Below, one piece after another: positions 20,901-32,322 of a DNA stretch of 64,000 bases; position 1 is the first letter of the stretch, and each line of letters opens with the position of its first letter. This DNA comes from Klebsormidium nitens. Its lineage: Eukaryota; Plantae; Klebsormidiophyceae. The stretch spans positions 19,202-83,201 of the forward strand of contig DF237359.1 of assembly GCA_000708835.1 (NCBI GenBank). The letters run 5' to 3'. Position numbers and translations under genes: made by a program. The notes under the pieces were generated by a model. The model saw nothing but the letters and a program-made list of their open reading frames with translations. It was not told where the DNA came from and ran no database searches.

Positions 20901-23826
20901 GGGCCAGGTGCTCATAGGCTTCCAGCTGGGGGATCCCCCACAAGGCTGGCCGGGCATTCAGTGGTCGCGACAGAAGTCGACCCGGCGATATACGCACCAA
21001 AAATAGCACCAGAATCCGTCAAACCCAGCCAAGGTTCTGATAAAAACAGAAGAACGGGGTTAAGTTTTAACGGGGCTTACTGGAATCAGTTCCTGCGGGG
21101 GCGGGTCCTGGGGCAACGGGGCTTTCCGTGGGGGGGCTTCCGGCCGGGCCGGGGCTTCCGGTGGTCGGGGCGGGAGTTGACCCGGCTGTAAACCCGTTGC
21201 TAACCGCAGTTGACGGGTCGGAGGGGTAGCTCGCAGACGCGGGGTAGCACGTGAAGGTGTCGCTGGAGAAGCAATTGAAGCCTGGGGGAGAAAATGAGAA
21301 TATAGAGTGCGGTTTCAAGAAAGCGATCCATATGTAGGGGTATCAGCTTTGAGGGTTAGCTCGTGATTGACGCGGGTAGCACGTAAAAGTGTCGATCGCT
21401 GGAGTAGCGTTTGAAGCCTGGCAGGGGGGGCCGGAGGAAAATGAGGGATAGGTTTCAAAGCTGTGAAGGAAGGGTTTACAGTAGAATAAGTTGAAGGGAA
21501 GCGCGCCGGTGTGCGAGGTAGCAGGTGTGAAGTTAGACGCTGGCATTTGAAAGCGGTTGAAGCGGAAGGCAAATCGAAGAAAGGGGTGATAGATGCCTGG
21601 CTTGAAATTGGGGCTATAGATACAGAAAAGAATCTTTGAAAGGAAGGAAGCCGTGCCGTGATGTAAAGTCTCACCAAATTAGAAAGCATTACAATGTCAT
21701 TCAGAGTTGAAGAGCTTAGGTCTTTCAACCATGGCCGGAACTGGAGAGATGATGAGAGGTTGGAGAGTAGATTCTGGAAATCCTGTAAAGGTGGGGGGCA
21801 TTGCGTTGTATTATCAGCCAGGCGGAGCCGGGTGGAAATGCTGGGGAGTAGATCTAGAGCGTTGCAAAGTGGGGGGTAAACGGGACAATCCGAAGCGGGC
21901 GCTCTGCTTGCAGCTAGTGGGAAGTGAAGGTGTCCAGTGATTTTGCAGCTTCTATTCACGTTTCTCATCTGCCGGACATAGCATAGGAGGTTTCGGTCCT
22001 TAACCAGGGATGGTTCTGGGCTGGTTAAGAAGAGGTTAATTGTCCAGTGACCAGACCAACCTTGAATTAAGGTTGAAGACTGGTTATCTGTCCAGTAAGC
22101 TGAGACTCAAGTCTGGTAAACAGCCTGGTTAGCAGCCAAACCTTTCTGTGTAGGCTCAGAGGACCACGATCTGGCGAGACAGCGCTTCCTTGAGTTACAG
22201 CAGACTTTGCAGTTTAGAATCTAGACAAGCCTTTCTGTCAAGTAGAAGCAGTACTCTCTGACAGCCACTAGAGATTTGCAGCATATTCGATTGTATTCAA
22301 TGTAGATCAAGGCTGATGTGGAGCATCTAATGTGGCCTTCTTTCTCTCACTGGGGCTCCGAACCCAGGTACGTATACAGAAACTGCCAAGGCAGGATCAG
22401 ATCCGATCAGGGTCATGCCTTTACCCAGATAATGAGCAGCATTAATAGCCGTCTCAAGCACGTACAGTCTGCCAACGTTTGCAGTGCTGGCTTTGGAACG
22501 ATCCATACATAACCCGCATTTGTGAGTACTCAGGAAACGATCCTCAGAGTTAGCCTTAACCCACCTGATGGGCAGCAGTAACCGGTACTCCCTGAGGCGG
22601 TGTAGCACGTGCTCGGGCAGGACTGGAGCAGGACGCGGCCCGCTGACACCGATGACGTCAGCGCCAGCAGCAGGAGCAGGGGGACAGCTGCAGAAAGATA
22701 AGCGACGGGTTTGAGCATACACTGTAGCAGAAGACTTTCGTGAAGCGCTTTTAAGAACAACAGGAGAGCAGAATGAGAAGGGCAGCATTGCTAGGGGGGC
22801 ATCCAGGACTCGGCTTCAGTAGCAAACCATTATGAAGGGAAAGCTTGCATTGTCCTTCCACATGGAAGGCACTCTACAATGGGATTTCGTGCCACCCTTG
22901 GGGCTGGGGAAATAGGAAAATGGATGGACTTTGAAATTGGAACTAAAGCCCTTGCGGTGGTCTATACTCGTCCCTTACACATGCAACATTTTTAGATCAC
23001 CTCAAAGGCCGCTGTCTTTGCAGATCCTACGTTTCGGATTGCAAAGGGCTGCTTGTTGCAGCTAAGATCCAGAAGCCCACAGTTTCAAGTATTATGCTAT
23101 GTAAGGGTAGTCCCAGAGATGATTTGGTCCAATGTAGAAGAATAAGCAAAAGTTCAAGGAAATGCTTGATGCCGGATTATTGTGCCCAAGGTGGCTTGCG
23201 CGCGCAGATCTCACCCAGTGGAAACCGCAGTGAAGAAGAATGGGATCCCTCTCAAATTATGCAGGGCGTATAAAATCAAGCCCAGGTCTCATTGTTGCTC
23301 AGGAAGCGATTGAGTTGACAAGAGTGTCGGAGCAGAAATTGACTCCAAAAACTTAAGCAGCTTTTCTCATTGTGGGCGTTGTGGGATGCTCAGGCCGGTC
23401 AGCAGATCCGAACAGCCTAGCATGAGAGAATCAAAGAAACGAAATCAAGCACATGAGCGACCCAGCTGGTGAGTGGCACTCCTAGCCTATTCCTGGAAGA
23501 AGAGAGCTGGCAAAGCTCTTGTTCAGTACTTCAGGAATGGTGAACCTTGTTGCTTGTAGATCTCTTTGCTCAAATGAGTTGAAGCTGGTTCCCAGATTAG
23601 AGGCAAAACTGAAAAGGCTGTTCACTTCCACTTACTGATGAGCTGAACGAGGTGAAGCAACACGTGGCAGCACTTCATTGAACTACAAACCTGGCGGAGC
23701 TCGAGCCCACACCTATTCCGTAAGTCTGATCTGATGCCAATCAGATCACAAAACCCATGATCAAATCAAAGGACCGACCAAAGCAGCTCAAGAGAGCACA
23801 GACATCTCACCTTTGATGACCGCCAT
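11972..23826 (-). CDS. Secreted amidase-signature (AS) family enzyme with two N-terminal Cys-rich repeats and a Pro-rich linker (paralog A, intact, 715 aa)
   Basis: 15 exons: 23811-23826, 22565-22687, 21081-21281, 20000-20322, 19298-19472, 18884-19044, 18346-18510, 17725-17867, 17107-17246, 16197-16284, 14926-15056, 14312-14377, 13313-13449, 12619-12722, 11972-12146 (2148 nt, open frame). Signal peptide [25 protein letters not shown] motifs: [11 protein letters not shown] (catalytic Lys), [18 protein letters not shown] (cis-Ser), IGSETSGSI (nucleophile Ser), [24 protein letters not shown]. Confidence 0.93.
12960..13290 (-). repeat. Two intronic tandem copies of the 3' half of amidase A exon 13 plus its donor site (~160-bp period)
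   Basis: 'ttacctgt(c/t)tggcgctgatg(c/t)ag..gctaaaccc..ccaagtctgctgg' occurs at ~12988 and ~13150 as well as in the real exon at 13310. Confidence 0.92.
15275..15320. repeat. (GGAAGC)n hexamer microsatellite, ~6 units, in amidase A intron 10
   Basis: Read directly: agcggaagcggaagcggaagcggaagcggaagcggaagc. Confidence 0.9.
16092..16190. repeat. ~100-bp almost pure purine (A/G) tract, U/C-rich on the sense strand, just inside amidase A intron 10
   Basis: Read directly: aaaaaagagaaaagagaaaaggaaaagagagaagacgaaagaaaaaagaaagaagaaaaaagaaagaagaaaaagaaaaaataataaagaataaagac. Confidence 0.9.
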
Positions 23827-25910
23827 TGTGCCGACCAGATCAGAAGCGAAGTCGCAGAAACAAGGGTGGCGGTGGTGCGCTGAATGTCTGATCCACCAAG
23901 CCCCGCGCATGCGCTCGCAACTTCTGGCTGTGCAATGCTAAAAAGGAGACGGCAGCTGCTCTTTTGATTTGTGGATCGAGCTGGATAAGATTCCTCGCTT
24001 TGTATCTCGAGACTCAGGAGTCAGGAGTTGTGGAGGTCGCACTCCGATCAGTGAGTGGTGTTTTGCACTAGGCAATGAAATGAGACTTGTGCTGAGCAGA
24101 CCGCCAGCTGGCAGTCTCTAGATAAGCCTTCGCAAATTCCAGCAGGCTGTCGTAAACAAAATCATCACGAACTGTCATGACTCATGACTGAAGCTCTGTG
24201 CAAACTGTCGCTCAGCTACGGTAGCTCTTAAAGCTAAGCACACTACACAAGTACCTACCTGTACAAGTCGATCTTGTCGCGCTCACAAATTATATCCGTA
24301 CGGTACCCTGAGTGCAAACCGGTGCGGCGAAGCGTACAAATTTTCAATCATTGGCCAAGGGACGTTCCCCCGACCGCTGTCGACACTTGACACTACTGAC
24401 CGGTACATACCGTAATGTGTACTTTGAACTTTTGCCGGCGCAGAGATCGAAGTCGTGTACAGGGAAAGTGAGCACATCCGATCCTTGAATGAGCTCATCT
24501 TGTACGCGGCCGCGCGGCCGCGAATCCTAGGTATGCCCGGCCCTGGATCGAAGAGCTGTAGCCTGGTACAGGCAACCAGCAGTTCAAGAATCGGACTGGG
24601 CCTGCCGCCAAAGCCTGACAGCCTACAGATTTGACGCTGACTTCGAGTTGCCAGGCCCGGCCCAGAGCTTGAAAGACACCGGGGTCCGGACTCGAGTCCG
24701 GAAGCCTGACACCAGAAGCTGATCAGGCTGCATGCAGTGTGCACTGTGCACTGTGCAGGCTCAATCTGAAATCTCGTCATCTTTTGGCAACCTGCCCCCC
24801 TGAAAAGTTGGGCGCACCAAAGTCATTCACCCCCGGGCCCCGTCCAAGGAACCGCCTACTTGTGGATTGAGTTGAGTTGGCACGTGACCTCATATGCCTA
24901 CGGCACAGCTATTTCTGCAAATGTCGTTACCTGCATATGCATTCTGTGCCAGCAGGTACTATGTATTTGGTGCGGCCTTTTGCCGACCCGTTCAACCTCC
25001 ATTTGATTTCAAGGATAGTTATGCGAGTCAAAGGCACATGAAGCCATATTGCACATTGCAGAGGCCAGGCCTCCTGAAGCCTCTCCACATACCAATGCCG
25101 CACGGTGATCCCGTAAGATGAATGGTGTCATCCGCCATTTAAATTGTGCGTAGCACAGTGTGCCATATTGTACCGTATAATAAAGCGTCCGAAATTCGAT
25201 CACAGTACTACGACACGCAGCAGAGGCCCTGGCTTTGGCTTCTGGCCGGTAACATGCGCACCAGATCCCTTCTTTGGCGCCTGCCAGCTAATGGTCCAGC
25301 TCCGCGATGTTCAAGGACTCCACTTTCTGTTGATAAAAGGCTCACTTCTAGGGGCAGCTTTGCATCCCCGAATTTTCACCAACTCCAGGACTTCCGGATG
25401 TGCTCAGCTCCCCAGGGTTTTTTGGCGGCATGCCGCGGCAGGTTCTCGTCTGCCAGATCTAGTTCGCCGGATTCACCACCGACTTTGCGGCTTTTCTGTG
25501 TACAAGTCTGAGGTGAGTCAGAACCATCTCAATGGCTGACTCGCCGGACCGACTCGCCCAGCGAGCGGCAAGTTTCGACAAGGTATGCCAAAGCCTTTCT
25601 GTCAGAGAGGCCAATATCTACTTGTCACTTAACGTTTCAAGGCTATATATTTAAGTTATAAGCCTCGTCGAGCTGTTGCTATTCTGAAGTTTTCAAGGGT
25701 CCGGCAATTAACCTTGTTGATGAGACTCTTGGTCCGCTAGCTGGAAAGCGACTAGTCCGGAGCAGTCCATTTATCATGCACGACGTGTGAGTACGCCTTA
25801 CGGATAGGATCAATCAGCCTCAGAGTCATTTTCTCAGCTTGCGCATCATCATTACATCACCAGATTCACTGTCTAGTGTTCTGGGCATTCGCAATTGAGT
25901 CTCCCAAAAC

Positions 25911-26831
25911 CTAAGCTTGAAGTTTGTATTTAAGATTACGTGCGTCAGCTTCACTGGAGGACAGGCTAAGCCCTTCTTTGTTCGAACATGAAGGCCCGAA
26001 CGATGGAACGATACTGAGCTCGGAGGCGGCCGGGCCTCCGATGACATGAAGAAGAACCAAATGGTCAAAATTCATTCTGTCAGGGTGGCAGACGTCACGC
26101 ACGTAAGTTCTGGTCCGCGTGTATCTATACCATATTGTGCCTTCTTCACTTATCGCAGCAAGGGTTGGAGCGGCCGCATGCAAAAAGGACAACCGCCGAG
26201 CGCAGACGATCACTGTACCACATGTTTCCCGGCGGGCGCCTCTCAGGACTTATGCTGAGTCGGGCTTCTGAAGCTGCTCTCACCAAGCGGCTTCATTCTA
26301 CATGTCATTTGGGTCTTCGCACCTTTCCGCTTTCAGCCTAAGTTCCGGTCAGTTTCGCCTGCATGAGCTCCGTTCCGCCAGCTTATAACAGCTGCCAGCA
26401 AAGCCAGCAACACCACAAACAAGTCTGACCTTATTGTTGATGCGAGTCGACTCGGAACGTACCCCCAACCTTTTTAGAAGACTGCTCGTTTCCATCAATT
26501 GCCCTTCCTTACTAGTCTTGACTTCCATGTTCTCGGGTCCAATCTCGTTCAGGATCTGCCGTTCAATCCGCTCGTCCGTTTGTTTTTATTCCGCCGAGCC
26601 ATCCGACTCTAACAAAAGGTCAAAACTTCTGCCCCAACACTGAGATCAGGCACTTTGTCCCACCCTCTTAACTAGCTCCGCCTCTTCAAACTTGCCAGGA
26701 GCCGTTTTCACTATCTTTAGATTTTCCGTCTGCCACTGCTTGTTTTTGGTCCTGGCGCGGAGGCCCAACCCAACGCGCAAACCGTGGGTGGCAGCTTCCA
26801 CGCCGTGCTCCTTCTCTGGCGGCTGAGTCAA
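25911..26831 (-). pseudogene. Decayed protein-coding relic of unknown origin (in-frame stops and frameshifts)
   Basis: One frame reads continuously through stops: ...PGKFEEAELVKRVGQSA*SQCWGRSFDLLLESDGSAE*KQTDERIERQILNEIGPENMEVKTSKEGQL...GFCWQLL*. Another frame then gives ...YVRDVCHPDRMNFDHLVLLHVIGG. No splice structure rescues an intact frame. Confidence 0.35.
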
Positions 26832-28152
26832 CTACAGAGGGAGCTCACCGCCTAAAACGGGCCTGACAAACTTTCGGCTCCAAAGTTTCCAGGGCCCTCG
26901 ACGGGCTCCGTGCGCGACCCGCCGCCGAGGCTTTGAAGTCGCGACAAAGCATTGAGGGCAGACTTAATGCGCGATGCAATTGAAAGACGTCTAATTCCTG
27001 ACTTCCGACAGTTTCTGCCCCTTGTTGGAAATCCGCAGTGCAATATATTAGAAGCCCTGAAAATTTTCAAACGTGCGTTTTCATCTTTTATGAGAATCGA
27101 GTAATCACGGGTTCAACCATCGTTTGACATTCAGATAAGCAAAAAGTACGTGCGTGCTCGCCCACTGGCAGACCGTACATGGCATGCAGAACTTCGGGAA
27201 CACAGCAGGCCGCTTGCCAGTACGTTGGTCACATTTGGCGGCCGCGTACAGCCAGCAGCACTGCATGCAACAGCCTGTAGTCGCGCTGACCGTACGGGCG
27301 CGTGCATTTGCACATATACATTTCTTTTACTTGACCTTGATATCTACATGAGTACAATTGACGCGTATTTGCTAGTTGGCCGGGCAATTCAACTTCGGAA
27401 AATTGAAAGAGACTGTCAATGCATGATTAAACAACGAGCTTGGCCTGGTGCAGTGACACGTACTCAACGTCTGCATGCATTCAATGGCAATATACTATCT
27501 AATCAGTAATGAATTAAAGCAACGACCAGTAATTGCGGAGTCCAGATTCCGAATGACCGCGCGGACTATCTTGGTGATCCGGGTGGCACTGAGCTAGTTC
27601 CGGTGAAGTAGGCCCGGCCCGCTTCAATAGATTGAGGCGGTAATCCATCAGACTGGAAAACTCTGGCCGGTTGATATGAAGATCAAGGACTGCCTTCTCG
27701 ACGTTCGACTGGCGATCGGGGATCAAAAGATTCGCCGTCATGGTCACCGGGTATCAGCTGCAAGTGGGCCGCGCAGCACAAGCCATGGGCGGCCATCACA
27801 ACCGGACTGGACCCCTGCGGCCATGTGGGCGGCACCATACAAGGATGGTCTACATACAAACGTGGCCTGGCCGCCGATGCTCTCAAAACGGGGAGAAGGG
27901 TCATTGAATAGAGCTCGCAAAGCGGATCTCGGATGAACATCAGAATCTAAGCATCAATGCCCGGTTTTGAACCTAGTCCACCGTGACAATGGATATACCT
28001 TAATGGTCAACCAAACAGCTTCAACTCAAGCTTGCACCTTGACGTCTGCAAAGCGGCTCCCCTCGAAGCAAAAATCTTAAAACTGAAACCGGAACCTGGA
28101 ATCAAGTATAACTGCAAACTGATTACGTCACAACTTGTATTCCTGTCACAAA

Positions 28153-31100
28153 TCATTCTTCGACGACAACCTCTTGGTTGAGCTCAGCTGCCGTCTTGAC
28201 AGCATACTCCTCGAGGGCTTCGATCGAGCGCGCACCTGCAAGAACAAGATTGAAATGAGCCCAGCTGCTTGAAAGAATCGTCCATTCACAATCCTTGTAT
28301 GTTTTTTGTAACCTCGAAAACGTTAAATGTATGTTTAACAACTCAAAAGGGGAATCCGAATGAGTCGTGTGGTTCCTGGTCCACGTGGCTCCAGGTTTTG
28401 GACATGGAAGGCAGTGTCTGCGCTTCTTTTGGCGTTGTTCTGCTTGCTTTCGGGCTAGAATCGATCTCTGACTTACGAACAGGAATAGCATAAGTTGTTC
28501 AAGCTCCACGGATTGCTAGCTGCCGAAGCACTTCCTGATAAATTGTTAGGAGATACAAAACGTTGTGCGACCAGCTTTTACATACCCCAGGCGCTTCAGA
28601 GCTGCGCCCTTCTCTTCGAATCTGTCTTTGCGGAAGACCAATCAAGAATATTGAGACTCAGCAAGTGCTCGCGTAGGGTTGCTTGTCAAGTCAAAAGGCC
28701 TCATTCGAGTCCATTTCAACGGTTTGAAAGTAGCAGGAAGACTGCATCGCTCGTTCCCCGTCTTTTTTCAAAGTTACACAAACAACCACTTTGAAGATGC
28801 TTTTTGGCTCGCCTACAAGAGATGAAGACTTGACGGCGGGTCTGAGGTGAAAGGCCTGCGCCCTATTGACAGACCTTTCTTTGCTGTCACTCAAATCTGC
28901 TCCCTGGAAGCACGGAAGGGTGCAAAAGTACCACGAAATCAAACAGAAGGCAGCTCATGTATCAGAGAAACGTAGACAAACGTAGAACAGCAAGCGTAGG
29001 ACGCTCAAAGAACCCCGTGTATGTTTGCCGGTTGTATGAAAGACCAGCGTCAAGCCCTCAATGACGGCCTTACTTGCTTTATATCGAAGGAGCCAAAACT
29101 TCAAATGCAGGATACCGCTCCCAGTAGATGCGACCATTCATCAGATCGGCGCAGGTTGTGATAACCAAAAGCGACTTGGGAAAGAACCGGCCTTGGTAAT
29201 ACGTAACTCGTCCGTTGACCCGCCCTTCGTCAATAGAACCAACAAGACCTCCTTAAGAACGCAGGATTATACGAGAATCGAACACGAGTCATCACCAAGA
29301 GAAACAGAGAACCGATCGTAAGAACACGTTAAAGGAGGGGCGAAAGAAAATCTTCAAAAGCAAACACAACTTTTAACTCAAAACGGAAGAAAGAACGCAC
29401 AGCACACCGGAAAGCAGTAACAAAAAGCGTGAGAGCACGAACCTTGGTACGTCTTGTATGCGTCCCCGTTGTAGTAGACAACCAACGTGGGGTAGCCCTT
29501 GATATCGGCCTTCTTGCACACCGCCTGGTTCGCGGTGCAGTCTACGGAGGCAATCGCCACGTTCTCGTGGTCGACCAGCTTCTCCGCCAGCTCCTCCCAC
29601 GTGGGGGCCAGCTTCTTACTGCAAAAAGCGGAATTTTGGATTTGTTTCGGCCTTTTAGTAACCAGCGTTTTCCAATTCTGGGTTACAGATGTTTCTGTTC
29701 ACAATCGACGGAGGCGATCGCCACGTTCCTATGGTCGACCAGCTTCTCTGCTAGCTCCTCCCACGTGGGGGCCGGCTTCTTACTGCACAATGACGAATTT
29801 TCGAAGTTCCTTTGGGCTCTGGAGGTTAGAGAACTTTGGTTACTTGCAAGGTCACAGCTGTTTCTGTGTGCAATCGACAGAGGCAACTGCCACATGCTAT
29901 TACTTGACCGATGTTTTTGCTGGCTCTTCCCACGTGGGGGCCAGCTTCTTACTGCAATGGACGGTACTTTGGTGTTACCCCAAACTTTTCGGAACGGGGT
30001 TAAAGCTGTTACAAATGCAGTCGACAAGGGGAGCGCCACGGTCCTGTTGTCGACCCATTTCTCTGCTAGTTCTTTCTACGTGGAGGCGGCTTCTAAACGT
30101 AAAGGACAGGGTTTGAGCAAGACTCTGGGCGTAAAAGAAGAATTGTCGTTCAAGAACTTGGGGTCAGAAGTGTTCCTGTGAGGAAAGCTAGTGAACACCA
30201 CGATTACCGGGTCGACCAGCTTGTCCCTGGTTATTCCCACGTGGGGGCCAACTCGTTGATACAGAAAGACAGGTTTCTTGGGCGTATCGGGCGTCGCAAG
30301 ACCTTATTGTACGGAGTCGGGTCACAGCTATGTCTGTGCGCAATTGACAGAAGTAATCGACACACTCTCAGTGGCCAACCGACTTTTCGCTACTTCTTCA
30401 AGTACAGGGGCCAGCTTGTTGCTGCAAAGAAGCAGCTTTCAGGGGTTCTTCCAGGCTCGAAAATATTTGTCTGAGGGAGCCGGGCCTACAATAATGTGTG
30501 TTCATGATAAAATGAGACATTCACTGGGACGTTAATCATGCATAACCAGCTCGCTAGTTCGCCCCACATAGGGGCCACTTACGTACTACAAAAGCATCGA
30601 CTATAACGCTTTTAATCTCAAAAGGCACTCGGGACAAACGGATGGTTTTACCAATTGATTGGAGCTTGGGGTTCTGAGCTGCTACGGGGTTCCTTTACAC
30701 TTAAACCATCCCTTAAACTAAGTGAACTGGGGGCACGATCTACGGGATGTGAGAAGATCAAACCGTTCGCTTTCAAGCTACAGAGGCAGCCTCTGCCCTT
30801 TCTGAATGCTTTGTCAATCCACGACGGCTTGCCTGTGGCTGCTAAATCAGGGTTTCCGGTCGAAACTCTTCCCCTCAGCCACATCAAATAGCCTTCCCAG
30901 TGACCACGTCCAGAACAGGTTGAAAACACAAAGACCAAATCCTCCTCAAGATACATTCTCCCCCAAAATAGGTACGAGAGAGCATGACCGAAAATAATGA
31001 ACTGCCCCACAATGCTTGACAAATCTCTTCATAGTCGACGGCTAGGCGCAAAGTGAGAACGTGCTCAAGCAGAACTCTATCAGGCAGGCCATTAAAATTA

Positions 31101-32322
31101 ACTGCCACCGCATCCACATCCATAAGTGTCTGAAACTGTACTCTAGACCAAGCTAGATCACTCACCAATGGCCGCACCACGGCGCGTAGAACTCGATGAA
31201 CCAAGCCCTCCCATCCGTGACCTGCGGACCAAAAGAAACTTGTGTCAGCTCAACTCCAAAAACCCTTGGGAAACCAAAAGCGTGCCAAACGGCTCTTGCA
31301 AACGGCTTCATCCAAAAGGCTCGCTTGCGTTGTGCCACTGTGCAAAGGGTGAACACGGAGCATTATTCACTCAGACAAAAGGCCCAGAAAAGATCTGAGG
31401 AGTGGTTGTCAGATGTGGGTAAGAAAATGGCCAAAGAAGGGTTTCAGCCGCAAGAGAGGTGGTGCAGAAGCGGGACTGCAAGCGCGGCTTTCCTTTGGCT
31501 CTGAAGCTATACTATTGACGCGTATGACTTTGACATACTGCGATGAGCGCCTACAATTAAAAAGTGGATGATAATCATGGACACTGAATCCTTTTGATAT
31601 GCCAGGTGCCAAGCGACATGCTCAAGAAACAGGCAATCCCTTCGATTGCCACATCAAGAGAGACATGAGACTTCCTCATCAATACAGGGTCAAGTACCGT
31701 CCTCACACTGTCCCAACAAGAGGTGGTCTGACAGGTTACCCACAGTAAAATGACTCCCCGTCTTTGTCAAATACCACTTAGTTTGGTTTTGTCACCTGGA
31801 CTGCATACGTAGCAATATTTGATCTGCCACGTCACAGACTGCAATTGAGTGGCCTGCTGTCAAATGCTGCTTGGTTGGAAGCAACAACGTTGCATAATCC
31901 ATTGTTATTGGAGAGATGTAAGGGACAAAAAATAACAAACAACCAAGCTGAAGCTCTTGTTCAGATCTCATCTGGATAGATAGATAGATAGATAAGTAGA
32001 TAACAGGTTCTGCAGAGACAATTGCTCTAACATGTATGTGTAATGTGAAAATTCATTTTAACACTGAAACTCCATTTTACTACCCAGAATCCACTCCTCA
32101 TCATACACAATTGCGATCCGCCAGACCAACAAAGAACCTCCTCGTTCTGAGAATTTATGGGTTCCAGGCAAAGCATTTTAAGAGCTCAATCTCGCATCAT
32201 TGAGAACCAACCTTGGTGTCAAAGTCGGCGTCAGTCAACTTGAGAAGCGCCTCCCCCTGAGCAACCGCCGCAAGCGAGAGAAGCGCCAGAAGCAGAACGG
32301 CTGCAACCTTTGCGGGAGCCAT
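28153..32322 (-). CDS. PDIL5-1: Single-thioredoxin-domain protein disulfide isomerase (PDIL5-1-like), 141 aa, signal peptide, WCGHC active site
   Basis: Exons 32212-32322 (MAPAKVAAVLLLALLSLAAVAQGEALLKLTDADFDTK), 31166-31221 (VTDGRAWFIEFYAPWCGH), 29443-29618 (CKKLAPTWEELAEKLVDHENVAIASVDCTANQAVCKKADIKGYPTLVVYYNGDAYKTYQ) and 28153-28235 (GARSIEALEEYAVKTAAELNQEVVVEE*). 426 nt in frame. No KDEL, consistent with the PDIL5-1 type. Confidence 0.92.
29620..30610 (-). repeat. Array of six degenerate ~146-169-bp tandem units, each containing the 3' splice site plus the first ~90 nt of PDI exon 3
   Basis: The anchor 'ccacgtgggggcc' or a variant occurs at 29597 (real exon), 29761, 29930, 30076, 30237, ~30400 and 30564. 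The units translate to decayed KKLAPTWEELA...SVDC. Confidence 0.92.

Noticed and set aside
22688-22718. In-frame ATG ([16 protein letters not shown]...) as the start of amidase A
   Set aside because: The equivalent ATG in B is out of frame by 1 nt. Both genes have a matching upstream 16-nt ATG exon (MAVIK/MAVLR) with GTGAG donors and a CTGCAG acceptor. It remains possible only as a minor alternative.
29429-30181. 250-aa and 205-aa plus-strand ORFs
   Set aside because: Antisense read-through of PDI exon 3 and its repeat array.
29620-30610. CRISPR-like array (regular period, conserved core)
   Set aside because: The units are degenerate copies of the host exon and intron with no unique spacers, there are no cas genes, and the context is a eukaryotic intron.
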